Virus record (IMG/VR): IMGVR_UViG_3300025782_000006
Source: an uncultured virus (IMG/VR IMGVR_UViG_3300025782_000006)
Lineage: Duplodnaviria; Heunggongvirae; Uroviricota; Caudoviricetes
DNA: 64,000 bases
Reading direction: 5' to 3' (one strand)
A model generated the notes under the pieces. It searched no databases and had not been told where the DNA came from. It saw only the letters and a program-made list of their open reading frames with translations. Of this stretch, positions 47,805 to 58,285 are shown in pieces (position 1 is the stretch's first letter; each line of letters starts with the position of its first letter). Position numbers and translations under genes: made by a program.

Positions 47805-48986
47805 TCAACGACGTTGACGTACCGGCTCTTTTGTCGAAGATCTGCGTGCTCTTGGTGCAGTTGCGTTGGCTTTTGCAGGTTGATCACCAGTTTGATTTAG
47901 GCCTCCGCGAAGAAGATTACCATTTTTATCAACTAGTACAACATCCTTGGTACCACGTGTACCAAGGGCACGTTTTAGTGTCAGTGCCTGTGGACGTAAG
48001 CCACGATATCCAATAGCTTTACCAGGACGGCTTGCACTATTACCAATGCGCCAAACCATTAAATGGCTTTCTGGAATATCAGCTTTGGTTTTGATAACTG
48101 TGTGGCATTCAACAGTAATATTCTTACCTTCTTGCTTAAAGTGGTGTGGTTTAAAATCTTGAATAACAATACCACCTTCAGGATTAATGTCTGTACCAAA
48201 GATAGCTCGCATAGATTCTTCTTCAGTTGGTTCTACTACAATCTCTTTGTTGAGTCTGTAGTATTCACGTCCAAGATCATCTGTCAACTTGTCTAATTTT
48301 ATAGCACCTTGAGATAATAGATCGTCAATAATCTTTCTAGCTTTAGCTCCAAAGGAACCTTCAGCACTTTCCCAACTGGCGGCACTTAATTCTTTGATGC
48401 TGATTGGTAAATTTTTTGTTTTACTGCGTAGTACAACGTCAGCTTTTTTAATACCGCCGGTAGCATGTCTTCCAGGAGTTCCTCCAGTTGACTCGACTTC
48501 TACAGCATCATGAATAGTAATGCTTTTGCCGCGAGTATCAACAAAGGTTACATTTATTGAGCCGTATTTTTCAATCATACTGGCCATCATTGCGTCCAAG
48601 ACAAATTCATTTTCTTTACCAGCAGATTTATCTGCTTGCTGACCCACGTCTTTGACAGAAATATTAACAGGACTGTTGTCAAAAATAATGACGCCAGCAG
48701 AGCTAATATTTGGAATATTTGCGATACGTGGGTTAGCTTTTGGTGCAACTTTTTTTAGGATCTGTAGAATATTTGCCAAGATACTTTGACGATACTTGTT
48801 TTTTAATTGACCATCGGGTATTTGAACTAGTGGCTGTAGTTTGTTACCATTTACTTTTACGTTATCGTAGCCGGCCTTTTTTAATAACTCAAGAACGCCT
48901 GTACGATCAATTAGGGGTTGGACAGATGGTTTTGCTGGTGCTTTGACAGCTTCGTCAAGGATATTAATTAATTCGCGCATTTTCAT
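47805..48986 (-). CDS. Hypothetical protein, possible PD-(D/E)XK nuclease fold
   Basis: AGKENE...KADVVL...ISIKE; N-terminal MRELINILDEA. Confidence 0.5.
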   Translation of the reverse strand: MKMRELINILDEAVKAPAKPSVQPLIDRTGVLELLKKAGYDNVKVNGNKLQPLVQIPDGQLKNKYRQSILANILQILKKVAPKANPRIANIPNISSAGVIIFDNSPVNISVKDVGQQADKSAGKENEFVLDAMMASMIEKYGSINVTFVDTRGKSITIHDAVEVESTGGTPGRHATGGIKKADVVLRSKTKNLPISIKELSAASWESAEGSFGAKARKIIDDLLSQGAIKLDKLTDDLGREYYRLNKEIVVEPTEEESMRAIFGTDINPEGGIVIQDFKPHHFKQEGKNITVECHTVIKTKADIPESHLMVWRIGNSASRPGKAIGYRGLRPQALTLKRALGTRGTKDVVLVDKNGNLLRGGLNQTGDQPAKANATAPRARRSSTKEPVRQRR

Positions 48987-48996
48987 AATACAGTAT

Positions 48997-49755
48997 TTAG
49001 TCTGTAATTTGATAAAAGTCTTTGTCCAGCCAAGCAACTACTGTATCTTCTAAACGTGCATATCCATACTTAGTTACGCTACTAACAATACTATCATTGA
49101 CTAAATTGCGGTCAATTATGTCGTGCCAACTAGCGTGTTCGGGCAAGGGCTCATGTTCTGTAGCGTATACCGCTGCTTGTAGCCAAGGAGTCCCTGGTTC
49201 ACGATAAAAATACGCATCTCTACAGTCAAATCCGCTGATGGCCAACATATAGATAAGATTCAAAAGGTTATAACTGTAGTATTGGTGACTATGATTACTA
49301 ATGATCATTTGACTGCGTCTATGGTCCCAATAAGTAGTCTGTGGTATAGTTAGCACTAACATACCGTTGACCGTCATAGTTGATTTCCATGTGGCCAGAC
49401 ATTTTAAAGGATTTCGAGCATATTGAAATGAATCATGTGCCCATAATAGATCAACTTGTCTAGGGATAACTCGTTCCTCAAAATTTCCCTCAATTGGGTG
49501 TACATTAGGTAGTGCTAGTATGCTTGGATCAATCTGTTGAATATTTTGATCAACTGCATAAACAATGTAATTGTGGAATTCCGGAGGATCATCTCTAGTT
49601 TGTAGTGTAGCCCACCATTTAGCGTCAAATCCGGCACCGCAACCCATGTCTGCTACTACAGTTAAACTATCTAAATAATCATCATACTTGTAGATTAGAT
49701 CTAAAGTTTTTCGACTGTGCTCGTGACTTTCGTCGGGATTTTTAAACAGGCCCAT
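48997..49755 (-). CDS. Class I SAM methyltransferase
   Basis: VADMGCGAG, VDLLWAHDSFQY, NGMLVLTIP. Confidence 0.8.
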   Translation of the reverse strand: MGLFKNPDESHEHSRKTLDLIYKYDDYLDSLTVVADMGCGAGFDAKWWATLQTRDDPPEFHNYIVYAVDQNIQQIDPSILALPNVHPIEGNFEERVIPRQVDLLWAHDSFQYARNPLKCLATWKSTMTVNGMLVLTIPQTTYWDHRRSQMIISNHSHQYYSYNLLNLIYMLAISGFDCRDAYFYREPGTPWLQAAVYATEHEPLPEHASWHDIIDRNLVNDSIVSSVTKYGYARLEDTVVAWLDKDFYQITD

Positions 49756-49996
49756 TGGTCAATATTTCCATTACTAATTTTTCTTTTAATCGTTGTAGTC
49801 GAGGTGCTAGTTGATGGCAGGCTTCTGCTATTTCATTTTCATCACCCCAACCAAGTTGGGTAGATAAATGGTAAGCAAATTTGGCTACCGCATCTTTTTC
49901 TAATTGTATATTTACCGCATCGTGTTTGGGCTTTGCTCGACAGCAAAGATCAAATTCTGCTAGTAAATTGTTGGCATGTGTTTTCCAGTCGGTCAT
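49742..49996 (-). CDS. Hypothetical protein
   Basis: 84-aa ORF overlapping neighbours. Confidence 0.55.
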   Translation of the reverse strand: MTDWKTHANNLLAEFDLCCRAKPKHDAVNIQLEKDAVAKFAYHLSTQLGWGDENEIAEACHQLAPRLQRLKEKLVMEILTNGPV

Positions 49997-50922
49997 TTAC
50001 AGTTTTTTTGATGAGTATCTAATACATACTTAGCTGTTGCTTCACTGGTACAGTTTTTAACAAAATGATCAAATACACTAGCCTGCAATTCTTCATATAC
50101 TGCTAGTCCAGCATCAGCGAACCAATCAACACCGTACTCAGCAATCAATCCATTGACCGCTAATAATTCTTCTTTGGGTAAGGTTGTGCAAATAAGTGGA
50201 GGGCATTGCTCAATACCGTGAAAGATTGGTACAGAACCCGAAGCCATGATTTCGTAGTGACGTTGGCAATCCCACCCACCCTTCATTTGTGTTTCCCCAA
50301 AGTAACTGCGAGCATAGTCCTTAAAGTAGTCAACTTCGTTGTCAAACTTATAGTGTGCAACACCATTAGCATCTTTAAATACAGGTCGAGATCCTGATAT
50401 AACAGTATCTTTCACAATACCGGTACGATCAATAATTTTTTGTTTGGGGAAACTAAAACTGATGGGATGAATCTTAGGATCATCAAAATAAAGTTCACGT
50501 TTAAAATATGTGCCAGCATCAACTAAGTGTCGGTGATCACGGTAGTGTGTTAGGTCACCTTGATCTTTGCCGTCAATGATGATTATTTTATTTTTAGGGT
50601 AAGTTTCTAGGATCAAATCTTCATAGATGCTTTTAAAGTCTGCACGAGTCAGTACAATTAAATCAAAATACTGACTACGTATTTTACCTTCAATATCTGT
50701 ACGATCTACTGTGTCTCGTTCGATAGTGTTAGATAAGCTAAATCCTCTACCGTGTAGATTGATACGGTTTTCTCCATTGGGTCCTGATTCACTATCACCG
50801 TAGATATACCAAAGTTTTGGGGCATCAACAACCTCACAACCTAAATCAGTAAAACCATGCACTAATAAATCGCTTAGATGATCTGTTCCGTCTTCATTGC
50901 TTCGTGTACATAAAATTTTCAT
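49993..50922 (-). CDS. Probable glycosyltransferase-like protein
   Basis: YFKREL, KGGWDCQRHYEIMASGSVP; ATG overlaps the uvsY stop region. Confidence 0.55.
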   Translation of the reverse strand: MKILCTRSNEDGTDHLSDLLVHGFTDLGCEVVDAPKLWYIYGDSESGPNGENRINLHGRGFSLSNTIERDTVDRTDIEGKIRSQYFDLIVLTRADFKSIYEDLILETYPKNKIIIIDGKDQGDLTHYRDHRHLVDAGTYFKRELYFDDPKIHPISFSFPKQKIIDRTGIVKDTVISGSRPVFKDANGVAHYKFDNEVDYFKDYARSYFGETQMKGGWDCQRHYEIMASGSVPIFHGIEQCPPLICTTLPKEELLAVNGLIAEYGVDWFADAGLAVYEELQASVFDHFVKNCTSEATAKYVLDTHQKNCK

Positions 50923-51374
50923 GCTATTGTAATGTCTTCCATTCCTGCTGTGCGTAGTCGAACCACATGCCCCAACATAAAGTTCTTTGATTCGATTCCT
51001 TTCATGAGCCCCAACCATTTATTACGAAGTAGTGCCACTTCATTAATGATTGTTTCCATGTCAATTACTTCATCTTCTGCTTCAGCATACTTTTCAGCAT
51101 CACGACTTGTTAGCGCACGATTGTATGCTTCTAGATATTTTTTATAATGCCGTTGACGTATCTTACGCAGTTGAATATTTAGAAATTCTAATACCGCTTC
51201 AATTTCTTGTAGCTGATTAAATCTCTGCTCTGTTTCACCGGGCAAGTTACTGAGTTCACGTTCAACCTTACCGTGGATTTTAACATTGGCACGTGCAGAG
51301 ATAAGTTCCTGCTCATAGTAATCTATAAAAGCAGGAATTTCTCCTAGGTCTCTAACTATTTTATTATAGAACAC
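50919..51374 (-). CDS. uvsY: Recombination mediator UvsY-like
   Basis: Helical protein near uvsX; KGIESKNFMLGHVVRLRTAG C-terminus. Confidence 0.65.
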   Translation of the reverse strand: MFYNKIVRDLGEIPAFIDYYEQELISARANVKIHGKVERELSNLPGETEQRFNQLQEIEAVLEFLNIQLRKIRQRHYKKYLEAYNRALTSRDAEKYAEAEDEVIDMETIINEVALLRNKWLGLMKGIESKNFMLGHVVRLRTAGMEDITIA

Positions 51375-51377
51375 AGT

Positions 51378-51608
51378 TTACCACTCTGAATCCTCGTCCT
51401 CGTCTTCAGCTTCGTCATCTGCTGTGTACTCTTTAAGAGCACGTTTAAGGGTAGCATCAGTAGTGCCAAACTCTTTAAGTTCTTGGTCGCCTAACATATC
51501 AACCATAACACTCATTAGGTTATCTGCACACTCTTGACGATCCTTGCTAGGAACGTACTGTTTCATAATGGTATATAGTTCGCTTAGAACTTCTACATCG
51601 ATTGTCAT
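51378..51608 (-). CDS. Small acidic hypothetical protein
   Basis: 76-aa ORF between uvsX and uvsY. Confidence 0.6.
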   Translation of the reverse strand: MTIDVEVLSELYTIMKQYVPSKDRQECADNLMSVMVDMLGDQELKEFGTTDATLKRALKEYTADDEAEDEDEDSEW

Positions 51609-52678
51609 TCTGTAACTTCCTCTTCTGGTTCTGCTACAGGTGTAGCAGTTCTATGTGGGTTCGCAGCAAAGTCAACCATAACTTTATCTAATGTGCCGTC
51701 TTCGTTGCGTTCCCATGCCTTACGGAACTGTTTAATAATAGTACCATCAGCTAGAGTGTATTTAAGACTATTACCGTCTTTGGTTAATAAACCTTTGCCT
51801 TCCATTAGATCTACTAATCCAGAGTAAGGATTCATCCCTTGTTCATACGGAATCTTAACCTGTACTGATTCAAATGGTTTAGCATAACGAGTCTTCATAA
51901 TCTTACATGCAGCACGAATACCTTTAACTTCTGAAATCTTATTACCATCTTCGTCTTCTTTTAACTTTAACTTACGCATAGCAACTACAATAGAGCTAGC
52001 ATAGATGAAGCCTTGGCCGCCTGAGATTTTATCATCTGGATCAAACATGTCTTGGCTAGCGTAGGTATGATTTGTACATACTAGTCCAATGTTTAGGTCG
52101 CCAAACATGTTTACACAGTTACGAACTAGTGCTGTCAGTGCTTTGGGCTTACGACCCATATCACCTTTGAGGTCACCTGCTTCAAACTGATTAACGTCTG
52201 TTGGGGTCAACATCATACCTAGGGAGTCGAGTACAAATAAGACCTTAGGACGTTGATCTTCTGGTAGTGTTTTATATTCTTTAACAAAGTCATTGATCAA
52301 TTTTGCTACATCATCAATCATAGCTACGTTAAGTTTAAGCAACTTGTCTTCACTAGTATCTACACCTAGTGCGTGCAACCATGCTTCATCGAGTGCGTTT
52401 TCTGTATCAACTAGAATAACATAAATGCCTTGCTCTTGTGCATTCTTAACAATATTACCCGAACAGATAAACGATTTACCTGCACCAGATTCGCCAGCAA
52501 ACACAGTAACTTTACCCATCGGGATTCCTTTATGGAAGTCACCAGAGATAAGATAGTTTAGTGCATAGTTGTTAGTTGAGATCCATGTGTCAGGATCACG
52601 AAATCCTACAGAGATACCGTCAATGCTTTTAGTAATGCTCTTGCGAAATTTTGATACGTCGAATGGTTTATTTGCCAT
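51605..52678 (-). CDS. uvsX: RecA-like recombinase UvsX
   Basis: AGESGAGKS, VDTENA, LDSLG, NHTY, SGGQG. Confidence 0.92.
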   Translation of the reverse strand: MANKPFDVSKFRKSITKSIDGISVGFRDPDTWISTNNYALNYLISGDFHKGIPMGKVTVFAGESGAGKSFICSGNIVKNAQEQGIYVILVDTENALDEAWLHALGVDTSEDKLLKLNVAMIDDVAKLINDFVKEYKTLPEDQRPKVLFVLDSLGMMLTPTDVNQFEAGDLKGDMGRKPKALTALVRNCVNMFGDLNIGLVCTNHTYASQDMFDPDDKISGGQGFIYASSIVVAMRKLKLKEDEDGNKISEVKGIRAACKIMKTRYAKPFESVQVKIPYEQGMNPYSGLVDLMEGKGLLTKDGNSLKYTLADGTIIKQFRKAWERNEDGTLDKVMVDFAANPHRTATPVAEPEEEVTE

Positions 52679-53840
52679 GATAGTTTTCCTTGATATTATA
52701 TAACTCTTTAAAAATTTTACTGCTGTCTAAATTGCGTCGTTGGTCTAACTCGTTTAACTGTGTCATTGACCTTAGAAAATTCTTTTCAATTGGTTGTTTG
52801 ATATAGTTTAACATATTTTTATAGCTTTCTTCAAGCAAAAATCCTGGTTTTTTTGCAATACGATTATTCAATTTTTCTTCTAGTGAGTATAACACACTTT
52901 CTGGTAAATGTCTAATGTTTAGGTAGTCTGGCATTGCTAATGCTCCAATAATAAAACTGTTGTTATGGAATCCTATACCAGTTAAATAGTCCACACAGTC
53001 AAAAATGGAATTAAAATTTAGTATAAACCAAAGCATGTTGAATGATATTTTATGATTTAGTTTTCGAATTGTATTTAAATTATCCAGGAAGTCTGTCCAT
53101 TTTCCGCCATATCTAATGTATTCAAATTCATCTCCAGTGGTTTCTGCACTAATGGTCCAATGAACATTTTTAAACTCGCAAATTTTATCAAATACTCGAG
53201 TATCGACCTTGCTTAAATTTGTGTTAATTCTTAGATTTACATTGGGGTTTACAGTTTTTAAAATATCCAATAGTTCTAAATTTTCTTTCATTAGCAAGGG
53301 CTCGCCACCAGCAAGATACACGTGTTTTAGTGTGTTAGCTTGACTAGTAATATACCACTTGAGACTATCAATTTGTTCTTTAGTGGGTGTTGCTAAATGC
53401 ATCTGTAGTTCATCGGCCCATCGACTGCTAAAATCTGGTCCACAATAGACACAGGCAAAATTACACAGATTGGTCCAACGTATATCAATTGCTTGTAGGC
53501 CTGGACGTCCTACACTAGAGTATATTGATGGGTCGTTTTCTTTGAGTTCACGTATGTAAAAAACGCGATCACTAATACCATCAAATCCGCGTCGATCTTT
53601 TTCTAAATCGTAACAGCCAGTACAGGATTTGACTGGCTGACGTTGCTGTATAGCAATCTGTCTATTTCTATTTTCTACTCCGCCCAATATTTCTTGTATG
53701 TTGTTGTTTTGTAGATTACCGATTGGCATAGCATCATTGCTACGTATACAATTTTTTACTGATCCATCAAAGTTGTACATCATTCCAGTCCATGGCATGG
53801 GACAAAAATACGGATTAGTTAAAATATCTTTAGGTGTCAT
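52668..53840 (-). CDS. Radical SAM protein with N-terminal SPASM/twitch-like region
   Basis: CNFACVYC, AGGEPL, FCPMPW, CTGC. Confidence 0.9.
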   Translation of the reverse strand: MTPKDILTNPYFCPMPWTGMMYNFDGSVKNCIRSNDAMPIGNLQNNNIQEILGGVENRNRQIAIQQRQPVKSCTGCYDLEKDRRGFDGISDRVFYIRELKENDPSIYSSVGRPGLQAIDIRWTNLCNFACVYCGPDFSSRWADELQMHLATPTKEQIDSLKWYITSQANTLKHVYLAGGEPLLMKENLELLDILKTVNPNVNLRINTNLSKVDTRVFDKICEFKNVHWTISAETTGDEFEYIRYGGKWTDFLDNLNTIRKLNHKISFNMLWFILNFNSIFDCVDYLTGIGFHNNSFIIGALAMPDYLNIRHLPESVLYSLEEKLNNRIAKKPGFLLEESYKNMLNYIKQPIEKNFLRSMTQLNELDQRRNLDSSKIFKELYNIKENYHGK

Positions 53841-54382
53841 TGGTGTTTTGGTCCAAGGGATATGTCTGGTATCACCAAATTGTTAGTTGCGGCCATGTTG
53901 AATATGTTAACCAGTGTATTGGCCCAGACTGTTACGTCAGCGGCCGGAGGTACCGTTTTATCCGGACTTGTTGCTATATTACCCGGACGTACTACAGTAA
54001 GTTTGACACCAATATATTTTGCACGAATTTGTCGAACTGCTTCTTCGAGTGCTACTTTTTGTACACGATATTCGTCCATATCTAAACCAGGCAAGGGTGA
54101 TGAGGGAGCCTGTGTCATCATAGTACTGATAATCATGATATGTTTGTTTGTTCCAGACCATCGGCGAGCCATTTCAAACAGCAATTCTGTCTGAGCAAAG
54201 CCTGCTTGGGCATTGTTAACAAAACGATCGCAAGGTTCTATCAGTGATGCAATTTTTGGTATGCTACGAATGTTATAGCCATCTCGTTTACTCAAACCGA
54301 CAATTTCGTGTCCAAGATTTTCATATTCTCTAGCAAGTGCTTGACCAATACCGGCCGTATGTCCTGTTATAGCTATTTTCAT
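53837..54382 (-). CDS. Short-chain dehydrogenase/reductase
   Basis: ITGHTAGIG, NNA, YRVQK. Confidence 0.85.
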   Translation of the reverse strand: MKIAITGHTAGIGQALAREYENLGHEIVGLSKRDGYNIRSIPKIASLIEPCDRFVNNAQAGFAQTELLFEMARRWSGTNKHIMIISTMMTQAPSSPLPGLDMDEYRVQKVALEEAVRQIRAKYIGVKLTVVRPGNIATSPDKTVPPAADVTVWANTLVNIFNMAATNNLVIPDISLGPKHQ

Positions 54383-54852
54383 TTTAATAGATCCAGGGGT
54401 TCATTGTGAAAGGTAAAACTGGCAACGATACGTGGCAACGCAATGTCATTGACTTGCACAACACTATGGGGAATTTGAGAGTTTAGTACAATTGGTTTTT
54501 CCATACCAACCACTTCCCCAATCATTACATCATTTTCGTACCATCTATTTGCCCAGCCTGCGGTATTTATAACTGGTATGTTGACTTTTGCTATTACAGG
54601 CAATTCGTCAATGTGCAAGGGAAGGCTTTTATTGTCAATAACTACTGTTACAGCTGCGTGCCGAGGAATTAGTTTTAGTTGTTTAAACCATGTTAATAGT
54701 TCTGGTGCTTGTTCTAATAATAAATTTTTATCAACAAAATGCCATCCAGGAATCAGTGTATCTAAAATATCAGTTTTTTCTTTTAGAAAATTGTGTATTT
54801 CCTGCGAAATTACACTTAAACTTTCACAATCTAATTCAATAAATGGTTTCAT
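54379..54852 (-). CDS. Cupin/2OG-Fe(II)-like protein
   Basis: LHID...NIPV...PHSV...R. Confidence 0.55.
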   Translation of the reverse strand: MKPFIELDCESLSVISQEIHNFLKEKTDILDTLIPGWHFVDKNLLLEQAPELLTWFKQLKLIPRHAAVTVVIDNKSLPLHIDELPVIAKVNIPVINTAGWANRWYENDVMIGEVVGMEKPIVLNSQIPHSVVQVNDIALPRIVASFTFHNEPLDLLK

Positions 54853-55727
54853 ATGCTTCTTAATTGTTTTTGTTGTTGTATATATGCATCAACAGCGACG
54901 GTGTCTTTATTATTGATATTCAATACCGCCGGTTCACTGAGATATGCAAAGCTGTGCTCAATTCCATGTTCTTGAGCAAATGCCTGTATGTTAGATAAGT
55001 CGTTGACATTAAGTATGCTGACTGTGGTCCATAAGTTTAACTTAACTGGCATAATTTTATATTGCATTAAATTTTTATAAAAGGTATCCCAAGTAATAGG
55101 CCAACGCATAAACTCATGTACTGGGCCAATACCATCGCAACTTACGGTGACTGTAACTTCAATCCCTCGTTCAGCTATATTGACTAATTCTTCCAATACC
55201 ACGTTACAATTAGTATTAAGTCTAAGTGTTTTAAGGTTGGGCGGTAAATTGGCCAACAACTGTTTGTAGTTTTTACTGTAGCTGGGTTCGCCACCATTGA
55301 TATCTAAATGTAGTATTCGTTCTTGGGGCAAGTCCCAAAAACGATTGGTATTGTTTACAATAGGAAACGTCCGACTGTGTAGTGCACCAATTCTCGTGCT
55401 ACATTCAGGACTACATGTCATACAAGCAGCATTACATACATTATCTAATACCCCGCCCACCTGAAGATAATTCCCTGTCTCAGCTCGATCCAATTTCAAT
55501 GCGTATGTTCTTATACTGTCTCGCGAGTCTGCTTCGGCTTCTTCACAACGACGGCATTCGCTTGGCCAAAGGTCTTGAGCAAATTGTTCTTTAATTTTAC
55601 GCAACCACACACTGGAATCCATTTGCTCCAGAGTATCAAACTGTGCTGGATTGACCATGTGGCCACAGCGACTTACAGTTCCATTTGAATTAAATCGAAC
55701 AAAGTGATCTAGTCTAGGACAGCGCAT
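54849..55727 (-). CDS. Radical SAM protein
   Basis: CNAACMTC, NGGEPS, ECRRC. Confidence 0.88.
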   Translation of the reverse strand: MRCPRLDHFVRFNSNGTVSRCGHMVNPAQFDTLEQMDSSVWLRKIKEQFAQDLWPSECRRCEEAEADSRDSIRTYALKLDRAETGNYLQVGGVLDNVCNAACMTCSPECSTRIGALHSRTFPIVNNTNRFWDLPQERILHLDINGGEPSYSKNYKQLLANLPPNLKTLRLNTNCNVVLEELVNIAERGIEVTVTVSCDGIGPVHEFMRWPITWDTFYKNLMQYKIMPVKLNLWTTVSILNVNDLSNIQAFAQEHGIEHSFAYLSEPAVLNINNKDTVAVDAYIQQQKQLRSI

Positions 55728-56323
55728 AGTTCTTGACTCCTTTCAATCACTTCTTTATACAGTTCGGGATAGGTATTTTTGATATATGCTAATATCATTT
55801 TAAATGTTACAGTCTGACCCATGAACTCGTAGTATAAGACTTTATCTAACCGTAGATAAAAATGCAATTTACTGTTGTCTTTAAAATAGTCCACAAGTGT
55901 TTGGTCACGTGTCAAACTATTCCAAATTTCACCTAGGTCATTATCAAGTTCTGTCATTGGTTTGAATGTCATCCATATATTACTATTAAAGCGTTGTAGA
56001 TTTACCAACCAGTGGAATTGTAATGCAAAATGTCTGTTTAAAAATAAGTATTCGTCAATCATCGACAATGCTGTTGCACGATCAAGATGTGGGTTATATC
56101 GTAAGTACGTTTGTACTCCACTAACATAACGTTCAAATGGTTCACGAACAAATACTTCTACAGTTTTTAAATGTTTAATGACTTCTGAGCCCGTTACAGA
56201 ACGAGATTTTTCAAACAAGCCACTGCTACCATTTTTATAGATAGGATAGACAAAACGTCCCGGTTCGAGTTCAACTACCAGAATTTCATCAGGGAAAAGG
56301 ATCGGATCTAGATAAGATAGCAT
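55709..56323 (-). CDS. Sulfotransferase-like protein
   Basis: PIYKNGSS and FVREPFERYVSG PAPS-binding-like motifs. Confidence 0.6.
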   Translation of the reverse strand: MLSYLDPILFPDEILVVELEPGRFVYPIYKNGSSGLFEKSRSVTGSEVIKHLKTVEVFVREPFERYVSGVQTYLRYNPHLDRATALSMIDEYLFLNRHFALQFHWLVNLQRFNSNIWMTFKPMTELDNDLGEIWNSLTRDQTLVDYFKDNSKLHFYLRLDKVLYYEFMGQTVTFKMILAYIKNTYPELYKEVIERSQELCAVLD

Positions 56324-56330
56324 AAACAGG

Positions 56331-56356
56331 TAGTGGGGGATCGTCTTCCCCCACTA
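56331..56356 (-). terminator. Hairpin after the SSB gene
   Basis: TAGTGGGG...CCCCACTA inverted repeat. Confidence 0.5.
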
Positions 56357-56378
56357 TTTTAGACACAAGCTATTTTAA

Positions 56379-57371
56379 TTACTGCTTTTGACGATTGCGA
56401 ATCATTGCCAAAATGTCTTGAGCATTTTGTTTAACTGGTTCAGCTGTCACTGGAGCAGTTGGTGCTGGTACTTCGTCTGGTTCGTCATCTGCAACAAATG
56501 GACTAGCTGTTGCTGGAGCACTTGCTACTGGGGCTGGTGCATCAGCGGCATCTGCTTTAGGGGCAGCATTGGGAGTGTCCAAACCATATGGTTTGTAGTA
56601 GGCACCCCATTTGTCAGCATCGTATGGTTGACCATCAACACTAGCTTCAAACATTTCTTTGATTACTTTAAGATCTGTTTCGCTAGGTTTCTTTGGAAGG
56701 AAATCGCTTAAATTAAACAGGCCATGCTCATCAATTGCAGCTTGTTCTTCTGCTGTTAGTGCAGATTCTTTACGAGCCCACTTTGATGTTGAATAGTCAG
56801 CGTAACCACCCTTGCTTGTTTTAATGATTTGGAAATCCAAGCCACGTTGGAAATCTGTTGGTAATTCTTCCATTTCTGGATCCATTAGTGCCGCTTTGAT
56901 AATATTAAAAATCTGTGGGCTAATAGTAAAGCGACGGATTGGATTTGCTGGAGCCTTGTCGTCACTTAATGCATTTTCACGCACAAAGCCTTGGAATACA
57001 TATGACTTCTTCTTCCAATACTTACGACCCATTTCCTCTAGACTTGGATCCTTAAACCATGGACGAACTTCTGCTAATACTGGGCACGCTTCGCCATACA
57101 TTTCCATACATGGAACTTGTACTACTACTGGTTTTGAATCTGATTGTCCTTTAACTCCAGCAAATGGCAATTTGATCATTGCACGCTCAGCCCAAAAGAA
57201 TGAGTTCTTAGTGTTTGCGTCTGGGAGGAATCTTACTCTTGCTGTGGAACCTTCTGCGATGTTCCAGTGTGGATAGATAGCGTTGTCGCCACCTGATTGT
57301 TTGTTGTTACCGCCTTTGTTGCCTTCTGATGCTTGTAACTTTGCACGAATTTCTGCTAATGTTGTTGCCAT
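56379..57371 (-). CDS. Single-stranded DNA-binding protein (T4 gp32-like)
   Basis: ARVRFLPD, PC.EMYGEACP, KGGYADYSTSKW; acidic/Ala-Pro tail. Confidence 0.85.
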   Translation of the reverse strand: MATTLAEIRAKLQASEGNKGGNNKQSGGDNAIYPHWNIAEGSTARVRFLPDANTKNSFFWAERAMIKLPFAGVKGQSDSKPVVVQVPCMEMYGEACPVLAEVRPWFKDPSLEEMGRKYWKKKSYVFQGFVRENALSDDKAPANPIRRFTISPQIFNIIKAALMDPEMEELPTDFQRGLDFQIIKTSKGGYADYSTSKWARKESALTAEEQAAIDEHGLFNLSDFLPKKPSETDLKVIKEMFEASVDGQPYDADKWGAYYKPYGLDTPNAAPKADAADAPAPVASAPATASPFVADDEPDEVPAPTAPVTAEPVKQNAQDILAMIRNRQKQ

Positions 57372-57448
57372 GATTAATTTCCTTTATAAGATGGTCTTAA
57401 TGTACTACTTGCCTAGATATACTCTAGCACCCTGCTAGTGTATAACAA

Positions 57449-58285
57449 ATGTATTTAGCTTGTCAAATATTTTTTAAATTATTTTGCCCAATAAATATCT
57501 GTATGAATATCCCGTACAACATTGAAATTTATGACAATTTATTGTCCGTTGAAGACCATAACAAAATTTGGGAGTATGTAAAAACCCTTCAATTCTTTGG
57601 AACATGGGAACGGGAAGAACAGGTAAATTTTAATTTTACACTCGATAGTCCAAAAAATCCCAATGATTGGATGGTTTATCAATCCTTTGGTAGGAGAACC
57701 AAATTATCAAGAGCTCCCCTTGCCACTGACGAACTTAGTTTAAAATCTAATCATCTGCCCATATACTTGTTATGGAAAAAATTAAATAGTCAACTCAATA
57801 ATCAATTTGAAATAACTGGAACTCCTGAGGGTATGCGGTCTGAAATTGACTTACCTCCGGTCTCTGACCCTGGGTTGAAATTAGGTTGGCGTGTTTATGT
57901 AAATGCCAATTATAATTCACATACCGGTCATGGCAACGAAGGGTATGCACATCGAGACACACCGTTAGAATCGAATAATGACAAAACAGTTACTATGGTA
58001 TATGTAGCAAACACTGAGTGGTATCCGTCATGGGCTGGAGAATTAAAATTTTATCCTGAAGACCCCGAGGGAGTAACTAAAGATCATCAACAATTTAACA
58101 CTGGCACATATCAACAACAACGAAATTACAAGTTAGGATGGTTAGATCAAGGACAAATAGTAAGTCCAGTACCAGGAAGATTGGTTATTTACGACGGACG
58201 GTGCTTACACTCAACTACACCAGCTGCCAGTGATCTCAATACCCCAAGCATCAAAATTGTCTTTAGAGCACAAAAAATTATTTAG
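57449..58285 (+). CDS. 2OG-Fe(II) oxygenase
   Basis: HRD, WAGELKF, PGRLVIYDG..LH; start probably MNIPY (~57503). Confidence 0.8.
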   Translation: MYLACQIFFKLFCPINICMNIPYNIEIYDNLLSVEDHNKIWEYVKTLQFFGTWEREEQVNFNFTLDSPKNPNDWMVYQSFGRRTKLSRAPLATDELSLKSNHLPIYLLWKKLNSQLNNQFEITGTPEGMRSEIDLPPVSDPGLKLGWRVYVNANYNSHTGHGNEGYAHRDTPLESNNDKTVTMVYVANTEWYPSWAGELKFYPEDPEGVTKDHQQFNTGTYQQQRNYKLGWLDQGQIVSPVPGRLVIYDGRCLHSTTPAASDLNTPSIKIVFRAQKII

